64,000 bases of DNA from a virus (taxonomy: Duplodnaviria > Caudoviricetes). The translations under genes were made by a program, and so were the position numbers. The stretch lies in the IMG/VR virus record IMGVR_UViG_3300043666_000001, positions 9,483-73,482 of that record; one strand, 5' to 3'. Below, piece after piece: positions 63,694 to 64,000 of this stretch. Under the pieces are notes generated by a model. It was not told where the DNA came from and made no database searches. It saw nothing but the letters and a program-made list of their open reading frames with translations. Position 1 is the first letter of the stretch, and every line of letters starts with the position of its first letter.

Positions 63694-63911
63694 GAAGGTG
63701 TGAAAGCCCCGAGTGCAACAACCAAGCCAAAGAGCCGGACTGGTGCTTTGATTGCTCTAATAAGGGAGAGGTTGCACTTATCAACATGGTCAAACGTGAA
63801 GAGCGTAACCGCATACTTGACATCATCATGGCTCGCCGGGTTGAGGTTGCTGGAAACCCACGGCTTTGGAACGAAGTCAATACCATCCTTGACCTAATTA
63901 AAAAACCATGA
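63690..63911 (+). CDS. small zinc-finger protein
   Basis: CxxPxC...CxxC; ATGA overlap. Confidence 0.6.
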   Translation: MRRCESPECNNQAKEPDWCFDCSNKGEVALINMVKREERNRILDIIMARRVEVAGNPRLWNEVNTILDLIKKP

Positions 63912-64000
63912 CCACCTATTCCATCACCCAGGGCAATGAGGTTTACATCTACATTTTAGGTAGACTTGTCATGAAGAGGTGGTTACATCTTGGGTTGAGT

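Noticed and set aside
1-64000. CRISPR array, reverse transcriptase/DGR/retron, integrase, transposase, rRNA
   Set aside because: No repeat-spacer array or diagnostic motifs seen; lifestyle cannot be decided from this window

Overview
This window is part of a tailed dsDNA bacteriophage genome (Caudoviricetes, myovirus). It is not a cellular chromosome or a stand-alone contractile injection system. A minus-strand late operon runs from ~34.7 kb to 2.65 kb: putative terS, tRNA island, terL, portal, scaffold, major capsid and decoration proteins, head-tail joining, a Mu-like contractile tail (sheath, tube, two chaperone paralogs with a hidden -1 frame, tape measure, hub, spike, baseplate), fibres, and a lysis cassette. 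The rest is early/middle genes: initiator, DnaB, RusA-like resolvase, ThyX, Fpg/Nei glycosylase, T4-type RNA ligase, MazG, vWA, SLOG, TolB-like propeller, HNH endonucleases, a 1193-aa lectin/propeller/FN3 protein and many small ORFs. No integrase, repressor or CRISPR array was seen. Strongest observations by eye: (1) about 16 sigma70-type promoters place an ATG 6-9 nt after the -10 box (leaderless mRNAs), many carrying a TCTACCA motif; (2) seven tRNA-like genes keep recognisable bodies but several have remodelled anticodon arms, including a tRNA-His (G-1:C73) with a 17-nt anticodon-loop insertion, with hairpin-rich non-coding segments between them; (3) two endonuclease-like insertions duplicate the N-terminus of the downstream gene; (4) a Pro/Ile repeat protein sits where a PAAR spike tip is expected. 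All product calls come from motif recognition and synteny only; no searches were run.
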